A DNA stretch of 64,000 bases from Octopus vulgaris (taxonomy: Eukaryota). The stretch is taken from positions 19,220,001 through 19,284,000 of the forward strand of contig OX597843.1 of assembly GCA_951406725.2 (NCBI GenBank), in the 5' to 3' direction. Numbering within the stretch: position 1 is the stretch's first letter; each line of letters opens with the position of its first letter. Position numbers and translations under genes: made by a program. The notes beneath the pieces were generated by a model. That model worked only from the letters and a program-made list of their open reading frames with translations. It was not told the DNA's origin and searched no databases. Below, in pieces: positions 14,507 through 27,168 of this stretch.

Positions 14507-14772
14507 AAATAAGAAAATGGAGGAACAGATTCCTTTCAATCATCGACTTACAGATAATACCAATTCATATTATTCATTACTGGCATATATTTATTTTTCA
14601 TGTAGGTTTTTGTATGAATCCACATGGTGGCCTCCAATATTAAGTTGTTTTTATGTATGTTTGTACTTATTTGTACTTTTTTATTTACTGGTACTTGATA
14701 ATTCATTATAACATATATATATATATATGTGCATTTGTGTATGTATATGCACGAGAGTATGTGTATGTGCAT
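14504..14772. repeat. Direct duplicate of the left end of the 15890-19576 element
   Basis: Near-identical to 15890-16160 (tacaaataagaaaatggaggaacagattcc...). Confidence 0.85.
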
Positions 14773-15153
14773 GTTTAATCCTAAATCTGATTTTTTCCTG
14801 TAAATTTGGATTTATTCCCTAATATTTATTATTATTATATATATATATATATATAATAATAAGAGTAAATAATTTCTATAAAGGCTTTTAAAAAAACCCC
14901 AATTATTTACTGGTAGAATTCGGTATGTAAATATAGCCGATTACCGGCAGGAACTTCTGTAAAGTTCAGTATATATATTGTATATAAGAAAAAGGGACAG
15001 GCAAAACAGGTTGCTTGACCGCATACCGAAAAAATAGAAATAGCAGTCAAGAATGCTTATTTCTATCAAAGTTGGACTCGGGCATGACAGACCCTGTAAT
15101 TCACATATGCAAAACAGAAGGAATAGATAACGAATACGAAGTCTGGCGGTTAT

Positions 15154-15264
15154 CTGTGAACATCATGTTTCTGGATTATAAACATATTGAATATATATTC
15201 CATATATTTTTGATATATATTTCATATATATTGCAAATATATTTCACATCCTTCTTCAGCACAG
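15154..15264 (-). ncRNA. Type I hammerhead ribozyme motif, family A (sense to the host pre-mRNA)
   Basis: Minus strand reads CUGUG-CUGAAGA-AGGAU...AUCCA-GAAA-CAUGAUG-UU-CACAG; 5-bp stem I, predicted GUU cleavage triplet. Confidence 0.75.
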
Positions 15265-15705
15265 CTTTCCATTGAAAAAGATTTATCATAGATTTATCAA
15301 ATGCTACGTACCTCAAACCTTCTGACCATGCGACATCAAAATATTTGAAGAAAGTGAGCAAAGGCTAAACCTACATAGACGTTTGAATTCATAAATCTTC
15401 CCTCCAAAATTTTGCCATGCGCACTACAGTTAGGTTGTCAAAGGGAGTGAAAAATCCAAATAGTAATATAATGATAAGAGTAAATAATTTCTATAAAGGC
15501 TTTTAAAAAAACCCCAATTATTTACTGGTAGAATTCGGTATGTAAATATAGCCGATTACCGGCAGGAACTTCTGTAAAGTTCAGTATATATATAGTATAT
15601 AAGAAAAAGGGACAGGCAAAACAGGTTGCTTGACCGCATACCGAAAAAATAGAAATAGCAGTCAAGAATGCTTATTTCTAACAAAGTTGGACTTTCAATG
15701 GAAAG

Positions 15706-15816
15706 CTGTGCTGAAGAAGGATGTGAAATATATTTGCAATATATATGAAATATATATCAAAAATATATGGAATATATATTCAATATGTTTATAATCCAGA
15801 AATATGATGTTCACAG
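15706..15816 (+). ncRNA. Type I hammerhead ribozyme motif, family A, inverted copy
   Basis: CTGTG CTGAAGA AGGAT...ATCCA GAAA TATGATG TT CACAG; one C-to-T change in stem III. Confidence 0.68.
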
Positions 15817-15839
15817 ATAACCGCCAGACTTCGTATTCG

Positions 15840-15889
<50 letters not shown>

Positions 15890-15892
<3 letters not shown>

Positions 15893-17026
15893 AAATAAGA
15901 AAATGGAGGAACAGATTCCTTTCAGTCATCGACTTACAGATAATACCAATTCATATTATTCATTACTGGCATATATTTATTTTTCATGTAGGTTTTTGTA
16001 TGAATCCACATGGTGGCCTCCAATATTAAGTTGTTTTTATGTATGTTTGTACTTATTTGTACTTTTTTATTTACTGGTACTTGATAATTCATTATAACAT
16101 ATATATATATATGTGTGCATTTGTGTATGTATATGCACGAGAGTATGTGTATATGCATGTGTAGGCGTGCATGTATATCCGTATATATGTGTGTGCATGT
16201 ATGTATGTATGCGTATGTCTGTATGCATGTATGAATATGTCCATATGTATGTGTGCATTCCTGTGTATATGTGCTTGCATGTATTTGTATGCATGCGTAA
16301 ATGTATGAGTGTGCAAGGATGTGTGAGCGCATATATGCGTGCATATACGCGTATGCACATATATGTGTGCGCATGTGTAAGTGTGTGTGCATGTGTGTAT
16401 GTATGGGCGGTTGTATGTGCGCGCATATATGCGAGCATGTGTGTATGTTTACATATGTGTGGGTGCGTATGGTTATATGTACATAATTTTGTGTATGTAT
16501 GTATATACTTGTATGTATGTATATACTTGTATGTATATGTATGTACATATGTTTATGTGTGTGTGCGCGCATATGTGTATAGGTCTGTGCGTATATATGC
16601 GGATGTATGACCTTGTGTGTATGTGTGGGTATATGTGTGGGTTGATGAATGGATGTATATTGGTATGCATGCAGATGTGTATATACATGTGTCTGAGGAG
16701 TGTGTATGTGGGTATATGAATGCTTGCATGCGTTGAGTGTATATATGTGTGTGTGTGCCTAGGTATATATATTTATATATTTATATGTATGTATATGTAT
16801 ATAGGTGCAGGTGTGTATATGTGTGTGTATATATATATGTGTGCTGTTGAATGTATGTATGTGTGTGTGGATGGGTATAGATATATATATATATATATAT
16901 GGGTGTTGGTGTGCATGTGTGTGTGTATAATGTTTTGTGTGTTTGTGTGCGTGCTGGTAAATATATGGGGTATATGAATGCTTATATACGTTGCGTGGGG
17001 GTATTTATGTGTGTGTGTGTCTGTAA

Positions 17027-17063
<37 letters not shown>

Positions 17064-17133
17064 TGTGAGTGTGCATGTGTGTGTGCTGTTGAATGTATGT
17101 ATTTGTGTGTGTTTGTATGTAGGTATATATATC

Positions 17134-17170
<37 letters not shown>

Positions 17171-18942
17171 AGGTGTAGTCGTGCACAGGTGTATGTATAT
17201 GTTTTCTGTGTATGTGCTGTTGAAGTTGTGTGTGTGTGTGTGTACATATGGATATGTATTTATGTCTATTTAAGAAGTGTGTTTGTATGTATGTATATTT
17301 ATGTGTGTGTATATGAGTATGTATGTAAATATGTATGTGTGTATGTATGAATGTTCATGTCTGTGTATATATGAGTATTTGTATGTATATTCTATATGTA
17401 TATTTTGCATATGTGTGGCTATTTACAGGTCTGTATGCACGTGTGCATGTGAATGTTTATGTACGTATATGAGTGTATATATGCATATGCATATATATAT
17501 TTACTTATGTACCTCAACCTATATTCGATTAAGGTATTTGTTGTATTTATATAGGTTTATAGGAAACGGGTGGACTGAATATTTGTTTAGTTTTAACTAC
17601 TTATGTGGTCCATCTTGATATTAATGATTTTAATCAAACATTTATTTAATTACGAAGATATAATTACCTTTGATCAATAATAAATTACCTATTATATATA
17701 GGGATACATAGATATGATAATGGATAACCTTAGATTAATATTGAATAACCATCTTATACCAGTAAATGGATGTAGAAATGAATGGATAGGTATTAATGCA
17801 GAATTAAAATACAAATAGTTGCATAATTGAGTAACAACTAAATTGTATATCGATCTCTAAAATATCCACAATAATAAACTTAAACTAGAAGATAATATAT
17901 GGTCAGATACAGAATATTTTATTCTTGTTACGATATTTTGTACGACGTAACTTTTGCAACGTGTTTTATTGGAGAGGTGTAAAGGTTAAGTTGATTGTAT
18001 GGATTCGCATTATAGTAACGGTATATTTACATGGTGAATTTGATTTTTCTATCTTTCGTAAATTTCTTCCTATTTCTTTACCATAAATCTTGTCAAATGT
18101 GTAATGCATACTTTCTATTTCTTTCGAAAGCTTTGCCTCATTATTTTCCAACCTTTGCTACGTATAATACCCTTTTATTATATTTTTTAGTTATCAGTAT
18201 GTATATGTATGTATATGTATATGTGTATGTCGGTGTTTATAAGTATACGTATATGTGTATATGGATATGTACGTACGTATATGTTTGTGTGTATTTATGT
18301 ACATATGATTATCTATGTGTACGTGTGTATGTGTGCATATATGTATGTATGTATGTATGTATGTGTATTTTAACCAACCAACCGTAACTAAGACAATGAA
18401 ATTCAAATGTGACAACCAATTGGATTTAGCTTGAGATTGTAAATAATCTCTCTCCTACCCCCGGAAGATTTTAAACCACTGTAATACTATATATTAATAA
18501 CAACGTAAGCATAGCCCGTTACGGCCTATCTCTTACCTCTTGATCTGTGAACTCTACGTATGTACACGCATATATCTTTTGTATGATGTAAAAGGATAAA
18601 ATCTATTTATATATGTATATCTATTAGTGGATGTTTTTGTGCATGTATGTATATGCATATACATCTATTTGTTACCCGTGTGTATATATATGTATGCAAA
18701 ATAAGACTGAAGTTTCGATTTTGACTGTATGATATATGAATATAATGACACTATTGGTTACATTATTTGTTGAATTAATGTGCTTGCAACTTCCATAGGC
18801 ATCTGTCTATATATTATGTTATACTATATTATATATATAATGTACAACATATTATATTATATTACACTATATTTTATGTGGTATTTTTCATCTACTAAGT
18901 ATTGTGAATAGCAGAATGCACATATTCCATTATTGGTATTAT

Positions 18943-18999
<57 letters not shown>

Positions 19000-19576
19000 C
19001 AATAATAATATTAATAGTTTTGGTAATGTAATATAATGAACTTTGGACTTTGTATATGTACCCATTGATGTGGATGTATATGTATACTCCAGTAGATATA
19101 TTTGATTATATGTAACCTTAGGTGTATGTATATTATTATATATATACTTATATATATGTATTTATATATATGTATATACACTTATATATATATATTCTTG
19201 TGTATGTGTATTTTGTTTCATATTTATATTTGCATTTTTATATTTTCATAATTGTACTTTATAATCTCTGACGAGGCCTTGAGATATATATATATAAGTG
19301 ACTCATTTTTAACTGCATATTACCTCAATACATCTGACAAATATAGGCACAATGAGATACCTTTATCTACAGGCTGAAACAGCTGTAAGATCAATTTTAT
19401 ATGTATTATTTTTATGGTATTATCTTACTTATTGATGTATATTGTTTTATTCTGTCTTATTCAGTTGGATTTGGATGTTCCTATTTAAGTAGTTGATAAA
19501 TAATATGAATATGAATTGGTATTATCTGTAAGTCGATGATTGAAAGGAATCTGTTCCTCCATTTTCTTATTTTGTA
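15890..19576. mobile_element. Non-autonomous PLE-like element bounded by about 70-bp inverted termini and filled with decayed microsatellite
   Basis: 15890-15955 is the reverse complement of about 19510-19576; hammerhead at 19264-19391; possible PLE N-terminal remnant (KIYGKEIGRNLRKIEK) at 17966-18151 on the minus strand. Confidence 0.6.
19264..19391 (+). ncRNA. Type I hammerhead ribozyme motif, family B
   Basis: ATCT-CTGACGA-GGCCT...AGGCT-GAAA-CAGCTG-TA-AGAT; intact core, 5-bp stem II base (one G-U), palindromic stem III, GUA triplet at 19385-19387. Confidence 0.82.
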
Positions 19577-19662
19577 TTATGATTTGTATTATGATTGTTT
19601 TCAAAATTAGAAATATTAAAATTTCTAAGTCTCTCTAAAGGAGATTACGGCAGTGGTACTGG

Positions 19663-20087
19663 ATATTAATAGTTATCACCAAGCTAATATGGTAGTCCAT
19701 AAATATAAGACTAAAGCTGCCGCTGATTAGCTCCAAGAGGCCATCGCCTCTAGCTAGCTATATGACACACAAGCCTGTGTCCATTATAACCTTCGAACAA
19801 GTGGATGTATTCCACTAAAATTAGGTAAATAAATCCTTCGAACAGACAGTTACTAGCGACACCTGCTGGGTCTGGCTACTCTGCATTGTTAAAGGGCAAA
19901 TACATTGAAACATGTCTGCAGATGTCTGACCAGCAAGGGGAAGTGGCTGACCTCCCCTGTTCGAAGGTTATAATGGACACAGGTTCGTGTGTCATATAGC
20001 TAGCTAGAGGCGATGGCCTCTTGGAGCTAATCAAGGGCAGCTTTCGTCCTATATTTATGGACTACCATATTAGCTTGGCGATAACTA

Positions 20088-20094
<7 letters not shown>
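19663..20094. repeat. Inverted repeat element (arms 19663-19799 and 19958-20094) with a decayed minimal hammerhead in the spacer
   Basis: About 137-bp arms; the spacer contains CTGCA-ttgttaa...GAAA-CATG-TC-TGCAG at 19881-19921. Confidence 0.8.
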
Positions 20095-20174
<80 letters not shown>

Positions 20175-20708
20175 GTAACCACAGCAACAAATATATATAT
20201 ATATATATACAATTTACAACTGTTACATAGGTACAGTGTCTGAAATCTAGGAGTGGGGAAGGGGTAGAGTGATTGTATAGACTCTAGTCTATACAATCAC
20301 CGGTATTGTATTTTTACTGACTTTGCAAAAATGAAAAGCCGAGGGAACCTCAGCAGGATTTGAACTCAAAGTATAAAGGGTCGTAAATACCACAAGGTAT
20401 TTTGTCCAAAACTAATAAGACATAAAAACAAGAGAGAGGGGGAACAGTTTATTAAACCTGGCATGATTTGAACTTAGAACTTAAAGATAACAAATTAAAT
20501 ATTGCAACGGGATGATTCTGTATTTAGCCCAGGGTTAGAGGAAAGAGGAACATTACAATAGAGAGAGGAAGAGAGAGAGAAAGCGGAAGAAAGATAGAAG
20601 GGAATAGAAGAACGACCCATGGTGGAATTATGACAAGAGTGGCTCGATAAAAACATTGAAAAATTAAAAGAAAAATATTTGGATAATCCACATCCAATGG
20701 GGACTTAC

Positions 20709-21289
20709 TTTAGAACTGCCAGATGTAGAGGTGTGTTGCCCTCTGCATTCGTTAGATTAACATCAGGTTCAGAATTCAGAAGTTGTTGAACAGCTTGTTT
20801 TTGTCCACTGCGACAGGCCCAGTGTAAAGGTGTGTTTTCACCCTTTTTGTCTTTCGCATTGACTTTAAGTTCAGGTATTTGAAGTTCTTTAATAATATTT
20901 TCGTATCCAAGTCCACAGGCCACATGTAGAGCTGTAACATCGTCTGAATCCACAGCATTGACATCAGCTTTAGTTAATGAAGATTCTGAACAGCTCTTGC
21001 TCCACCATAGGAGCTGTTGAACAACTTCAAGATGTCCACTATCACAGGCCCAGTGTAGAGGTGTGTAGTGATATATATCTTTCCTATTGACGTCGGCATC
21101 AAACAGCAAGAGTTGTTCAACAATGTCTTTGAATCCCCAACTGCAGGCCCAGTGTAGCGGCGTGTTATTATGTTTATTCTCCAGATTAACATCGGGTTTA
21201 TACAAGAGAAGTTGTTGAATGACTTCTGTGTTACCTCTGTGACAAGCCAGAAGTAGAGGTGTGTCACCGTTCACGTTTCGTTTATTGAT
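20709..21289 (-). CDS. 581-nt exon of the ankyrin-repeat gene (about six ankyrin repeats)
   Basis: TTTCAG acceptor (21290-21291) and GTAAGT donor (20708); open frame with GDTPLLLAC, three TPLHWAC, TALHVAC and GNTPLHLAV; phase 0 to 2. Confidence 0.93.
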
Positions 21290-21404
21290 CTGAAAAGCAA
21301 TAAAGACATGAAAAATATCGTCTCGAAAAGAAGATACAAGAATTAAAAACACAGAAAGAGAAAAGTCCCTCTAAACATCACGTGAAATATGTAGATGTTT
21401 CCTG

Positions 21405-21436
<32 letters not shown>

Positions 21437-21796
21437 TGTGTGTTTGTGTGTTTGTGTTTGTATGTATGTATGTATATATGTATGTATGTATGATGTATGT
21501 ATGTTTGTATGTATGTAGGTATGTATGTATGTACGTATGTATGTATGTACGTATGTATGTAGGTATGTATGTATGTACGTATGTATGTATGTATGTATGT
21601 ATGTATGTATGTGTGTGTGTATATATATCCTTAAATCCTTAAAGATGTTTCAGCCAGAAAGCTGCGGTCATGCTGGGGCACCACCGTATATTTATATATA
21701 CATATGTATATAAGTATATTTGAAAGTGCACACATATATATATTGAATATTCTATTGGATATATGCCTATGTCTATAATATATATATATATATATA

Positions 21797-21961
21797 TCAT
21801 CGTTTAGCGTCCGCTTTCCATGCTATCATGGGTTGGACGGTTCAACTGGGGTCTGGGAAGTCAGAAGGCTGCACCAGGCCTAGTCTGATCTGGCAAAGTT
21901 TCTACAGCTGAATGCCCTTCCTAACGCCAACCACTCCGTGATTGGAGTGGGTGCTTTTACG

Positions 21962-22000
<39 letters not shown>

Positions 22001-22743
22001 CAGTCTCTGTACACAACAAGTGCAAAGACCTGTCTGGGACTGGGGCCTACACACCCCTAAAAGCACCCTTACACTATTTCCAAGACTGCCTGGAGATGAT
22101 AAGATCTTGCCTCCTGCAATGTAACCCAGGAAATATCAATTACTTCTAGCTTTTCCCCCTGACATGTGATGGAATCTGTTTTGTGTACATCTTCAGTGTT
22201 TATTATCCCTGTGCATCTGCCACACACAAAAACTATCGGCTCGGTTATCCTTCCTTTGATATTGTTGTGCAACTTATGTGTCCATAGCTTACGCAGGGTA
22301 TATCTCATGGAGTTTCTACCTACACCTTTTCTACAGACAGAGCAGGGCTATCTACCTGAAGGAATTTGTGATTTGGTTTTTGTTCGGTTAACCCTAAGGC
22401 TCTTTGATTCTAGATCCTGCTTCCACACCCTCAACTTCGTTTCTAGTTCTTGTGACTCAGCTTTTAGAGCAAGGCCATCAGCATAGAAGAATTCCAAGTG
22501 GCAGCTTGTCTTGAATTCCTCCGTTATTGCTAATATATATATACATGTATGTATGTATGTATGTATGTATGTATGTATGTATGTATGTATGTATGTATGT
22601 ATGTATGTATGTATGTATGTATGTATGTATGTGTGTGTGTATGTAAGTATGTATGTATGTATGTATGTATGTATGTATGTATGTATGCATGCATGCATGC
22701 ATGCATGCATGCATGTATGTATGTATGTATGTATGTAAGTATG

Positions 22744-22774
<31 letters not shown>

Positions 22775-23050
22775 GTATGTATGTATGTATGCATGCATCC
22801 ATGTGTACATGCATGTATGTATGTATGTATCGTCATCATTATTTTTACCATTTAACGTCCGTTTCCCATGCTTGCATGGCAAATCGAGGGCTGAACCAGG
22901 CTCCAGTCTTGTTTTGGCATGGTCTGTACGACTAGATACCCTTTCGACCACCACTCAATTTATGGAGTGTGCGGGGAATTTTTTACATAGCACTGGCAAG
23001 GGTGCTTTTTGAGTGGTACCGACGTGAGTGCATTTTTATGTGGCATTGAG
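21797..23050 (-). mobile_element. RTE fragments and RTE 3'-tail repeats split by microsatellites
   Basis: FYADGLAL, RVWKQDLESKSLRVN, Cys-rich insert (YPCSVCRKGVG...FVCGRC); tail motif cgtccgctttccatgc...gcccttcctaacgccaacc. Confidence 0.7.
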
Positions 23051-23076
23051 AGGATACTTTTTCATGGCATAATCGT

Positions 23077-23109
<33 letters not shown>

Positions 23110-23116
<7 letters not shown>

Positions 23117-24830
23117 TCAATGGAAGCAATACCAGCGGAAAACTAGAGGAACATGACCTATTATCCAATAGAATATTCAATATATATGTGTGCAATTTCA
23201 TTGGGCATTAATAAATCAATATAAAATTCCAGGTAATGCAGTATTAACACATACAAGTATATGAACTTATAAATATTTAATATTTAAAAATATTTTAAAA
23301 TATTTTAAAATATTTTTTTAAATATTTTAAAAATACGTTGGCATTATAAATATATAAATAAATTATTAAATATACAAATAGATATAAAAAAATATGTATA
23401 AGACGTCGATATGATATAAAATAAAACTCGTAGGTATTTAAAAATATTCAAAAATGTTCATTTAAAATTCCAAAATATTGGACATCCACCGCATTAGCAT
23501 CGTTTATAAACGATCTTAGGGAAAAGAGTAAAGAATTCAAATTATCTTGGTCCATCCTGGCTCATGCCCCTCTCTTTGGAATCGGATCCACTAGATGTGG
23601 ATTATGCCTTAGGGAGGCTTACTTTATTTTGAAGAATTACAATCATGCTATGCTAAATAAACTTACTGGTGCAATTCCGGTTTCACACATAAGATACACT
23701 CGACGTTTTTAAAGAAATTTAAAAACAAATATATAAGAATAAGAGTAATAATAATAATAAAAATTCATAATATTAATTCGTAGTAAGGATAATGATGATA
23801 ATTTAAATTTTAAAATCTAAAATCTAAAATCTGTAACTGAAAATTTAAAATGTAATTGAAAATAATATGATAATCAATGAAGTAAATAAGTATTTTATGT
23901 TGGTAAGGATTGAATTGGTATGATTTGAACTAGGATAGCTAACTTCAGATAAACATTGGAATGGAATTAAAAATAAAATAAAAAAGTACTATAATAGAAT
24001 GGTCTGAACTGAGCTTAACACAGGCCTTTAATTCTTCGAGACGAAGAAAATTGAAGCAGTAGAAATTGAAGAGTTGGAGGAGTGCTTAAGTGGGGTTAAG
24101 CAATTAACAAAGTTCTTCGCAAGAGGTAGAAAATACGGCACGGTGGAGGTGCGCTTTACGAGTGAGGAGGATGCAAAAAGGCACGCCGCTGTACCCTTGA
24201 GAATGGCTAGGTGTGCACTTTTGCCTACATACTGTGGAAGAAGAGCTGCTAGAGTAAGAATCGATAGAGTACCTCTGGAAATGGACCTAGATTATAAACT
24301 GTATAAAAGAACAGTAAAATGAGCTTTGGGGGTCTCGTAAGCCATTCCATTCTATTCATTATAAACATTCTTCGTTATATGTACCCCACGTTTTGTGTTG
24401 TCTGTCTTTGTTATGTCCATTCTTTGTTCAGGTTACCTGCCTATAATAAAGATTAAAGTGAGTTAATATAACTGTTCTATAAAGGGGATCAGTGAATTAT
24501 CGAAAAGACTTTTTGAAATTGGATAGAATGTAACGAAGTAAGTTGTCCTTTTATGTGTTGCTATCATTGTGACTTGTTATGAAGCATCCTGATGAGGGGA
24601 GTATCTGTCTCATTAAGAATATGAAATTTATATCATATTATCGGACACGTCTCCGAAACGGCCCGTCGACGAAACATTATCTTCATGTATTAGTACGTCA
24701 TGTTAATATTTTATAATCTCAAATTCTCCACCAGACTCTGTGTAGTAACTTTGGAATCTTTATTACCTTGTATCTTATCGTGTGAATTATGAATTCAATA
24801 AGTCTTATATTAGGTTGATGTTTTATATTT
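23110..24830 (+). mobile_element. Naiad-like PLE 3' relic with an embedded LINE ORF1-like fragment
   Basis: About 23470-23670 translates to STALASFINDLREKSKEFKLSWSIL...TRCGLCLREAYFIL (GIY-YIG C-terminus); 24074-24322 resembles a LINE ORF1 N-terminus; hammerhead at 24585-24671. Confidence 0.65.
24585..24671 (+). ncRNA. Type I hammerhead ribozyme motif, family C
   Basis: CATC-CTGATGA-GGGGA...TCTCC-GAAA-CGGCCCG-TC-GACG; GUC triplet at 24665-24667; one stem I mismatch. Confidence 0.78.
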
Positions 24831-24832
24831 TC

Positions 24833-25760
24833 ATCATCATCATCGTTTAACGTCCGCTTTCCATGCTAGCATGGGTTGGACGGTTCAACTGGGGTCTGGG
24901 AAGCCAGAAGGCTGCACCAGGCCCAGTCTGATCTGGCAGTGTTTCTACAGATGGATGCCCTTCCTAACGCCAACCACTCCGTGTAGTAGGTGCTTTTTAC
25001 GTGCCAGACGAGGCTTGCAACGGCCACGATCGGATGATGCTTTTTACGTGCCACCGGCACGGAGGCCAGTCGGGGCGGCGCTGGCAACAGCCACGTTCGG
25101 GTGGTTCTCTTACGTGCCACCGGGACTGGTATCACGACAACAATTTCCATTGATGTTGATCGATTTCGATTTGATTTTTACTTGCCTCAAGAGGTCGTCA
25201 CGAGTAGAGTTTTGTGTCCCAAGAAAGAAAACGTATGCATAAGTGGACTGGCTACATCTCAGGTAGAGGCTACGGGTTATGGTCTCACTTGTCCTGCCGG
25301 GTCTTCTCACGCACAGCATACTTCCAAAGGTCTCGGTCACTAGTCATTTCCTCGGTGAGCCCTAATGTTCGAAGGTCATGCTTCACCACCTCGTCCCAGG
25401 TTTTCCTGGGTCTACCTCTTCCACAGGTTCCCTCAACCGCTAGGGTGTGACACTTTCTCACACAACTATATTCATCAATTCTTGCCACATGACCATACCA
25501 GCGCAGTTGTCTCTCTTGCACACCACAGCTGATGCTTCTTAGGTCCAACATTTCTCTCAAGGTACTTACACTCTGTCGAGTACGAACACTGACATTACAC
25601 ATCCATCGGAGCATACTGGCTTCATTTCTTGCGAACTTACACATATCCTCAGTAGTCACGGCCCATGTTTCACTACCATGTAGCATGGCTGTTCGTTCAC
25701 ATGCATCATACAGTCTGCCTTTTACTCTGAGCGAGAGGCCTTTTGTCACCAGCAGAAGGT
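24833..25760 (-). mobile_element. 5'-truncated RTE LINE 3' end with (GAT)n tail
   Basis: ORF 25285-25749: MLHGSETWA, LRWYGHVAR, RGRGRPRKTW. Confidence 0.9.
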
Positions 25761-26204
25761 GTCATATAGGAAGAGGTGATGTGAGGACCGCAGTGACTGA
25801 AAGACATTCAGAAATACGTGGGTATGACAGAACTTAACAACCTTAAACCCTTCTTTCATACTGAGGAGAGGCATAATGCCTCACCTAGGCGAATATATTC
25901 ATTATGGATATGTAGCAGGTGGTGGAGGCTATGTCTGGCAGTGTTACAAGCTATAGCAGATTGCACAATAAAGCATCCACCAACCTTACAGTTTACTACA
26001 GTGTTTACGACAACCATCTTTATACACATACGAACAGTCACCCAAAAGAACCGGTAACATTCTCTGTGGGACAAGCCTGTGGTAGTTCAATCTTCCGCCG
26101 GTAGAAGCCACTTGATGCAATCCTCAAGCATCAACCTGTCAACCGGTGGCGTCGGTTGCAGTTGTATTGTTAAATAGGGAGTCTTCAATGTGCAGTGACT
26201 CTCA

Positions 26205-26830
26205 CCTGTTCATCGAATTTTGCGATGACTGAAAAAAAGGAACAGCGTCCTTCCGTGAAATTCAGTTTTCTGCCGGGGAAAACGGTGGCCAAAGCAGTTC
26301 TGATGCTTCAAACAGCTTACAAGAACACTGCCATGAGCAAAATACAAATTTACAAGTTTTCACGCTTTAGAAATGGTCACTTGTCGCTTGAAGACCAGCA
26401 TCATTCATGGCGACCGTCGACATCCTGAGCGAATGAAAACATTACAAAAATTCATAAACTGATCTTGAAGGACGGTTGCCGAACATTTGACGAACTTGTT
26501 GATATGACTGGTGTGTCCTGGAACTCCTGACAACGAATCTTGAGCGACGAATTGCGAATGAAAACAGTTGTAGCAAAATTTGTGTCTGGCTTTTTCATGG
26601 ACGATCAAAAGCAGTCACGACTGAATGTGTGTCATGAACTGGAAGTTGATCCGGCCCGTTTTTTGAAGGTCATCACCGATGACGAAAGCTAGGGCTCAGA
26701 AATATGCAGATGTGGAGGTGTTAAAAGGCATCACTTTGCCAACAATGCTTCGAACAGTGGAAAACGCGTCTGGACCAATGCATTGCTTCAAATGGAGAAT
26801 AATTTGAAGGCGATAAAAGTGTAAACATGT
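26205..26830 (+). mobile_element. Internally deleted mariner transposase relic
   Basis: MTEKKEQRPSVKF...FSRFRNGHLSLED N-terminus, VITDDES catalytic region, NGE*FEGD-like C-terminus. Confidence 0.75.
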
Positions 26831-27168
26831 AAAGCTAAGTGAATAAAATAGGGAAAAATTCTAGTTTCTTGTATACTTATCTCGTGTAGTTTCGTGAAGC
26901 TTTAGTCTCATGTAGCCTCGTGTATACTCACCCAAGAACAAGACAAGTATCAACGTCTCATGTGGCTGCCATGATAACTGCTGAGAATTCTCTGAGCAAG
27001 AAAGCAATGATAGCCTCATTCACCTCCAAATATTTATCCGTCAATGCGGTGTTCATTTTTTGTTCTCCTCGTTCAATATTGGTGTGTGTGGGTGTGTGTG
27101 TATGTGTGTGTGTGTGTGTGTTAAATGGTTAATACTGATGACGGAGTGTAACTAAAAGCATTTATTAG

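Larger units (their letters stand above)
14854..15843. mobile_element. Non-coding hammerhead-bearing repeat (PLE pLTR-like or retrozyme-like): partial tandem with about 615-bp period plus an inverted end, inserted in (TA)n
   Basis: aagagtaaataatttc recurs at 14861 and 15476; 15694-15843 is an inverted copy of about 15128-15277; same family as 55771-56670. Confidence 0.8.
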
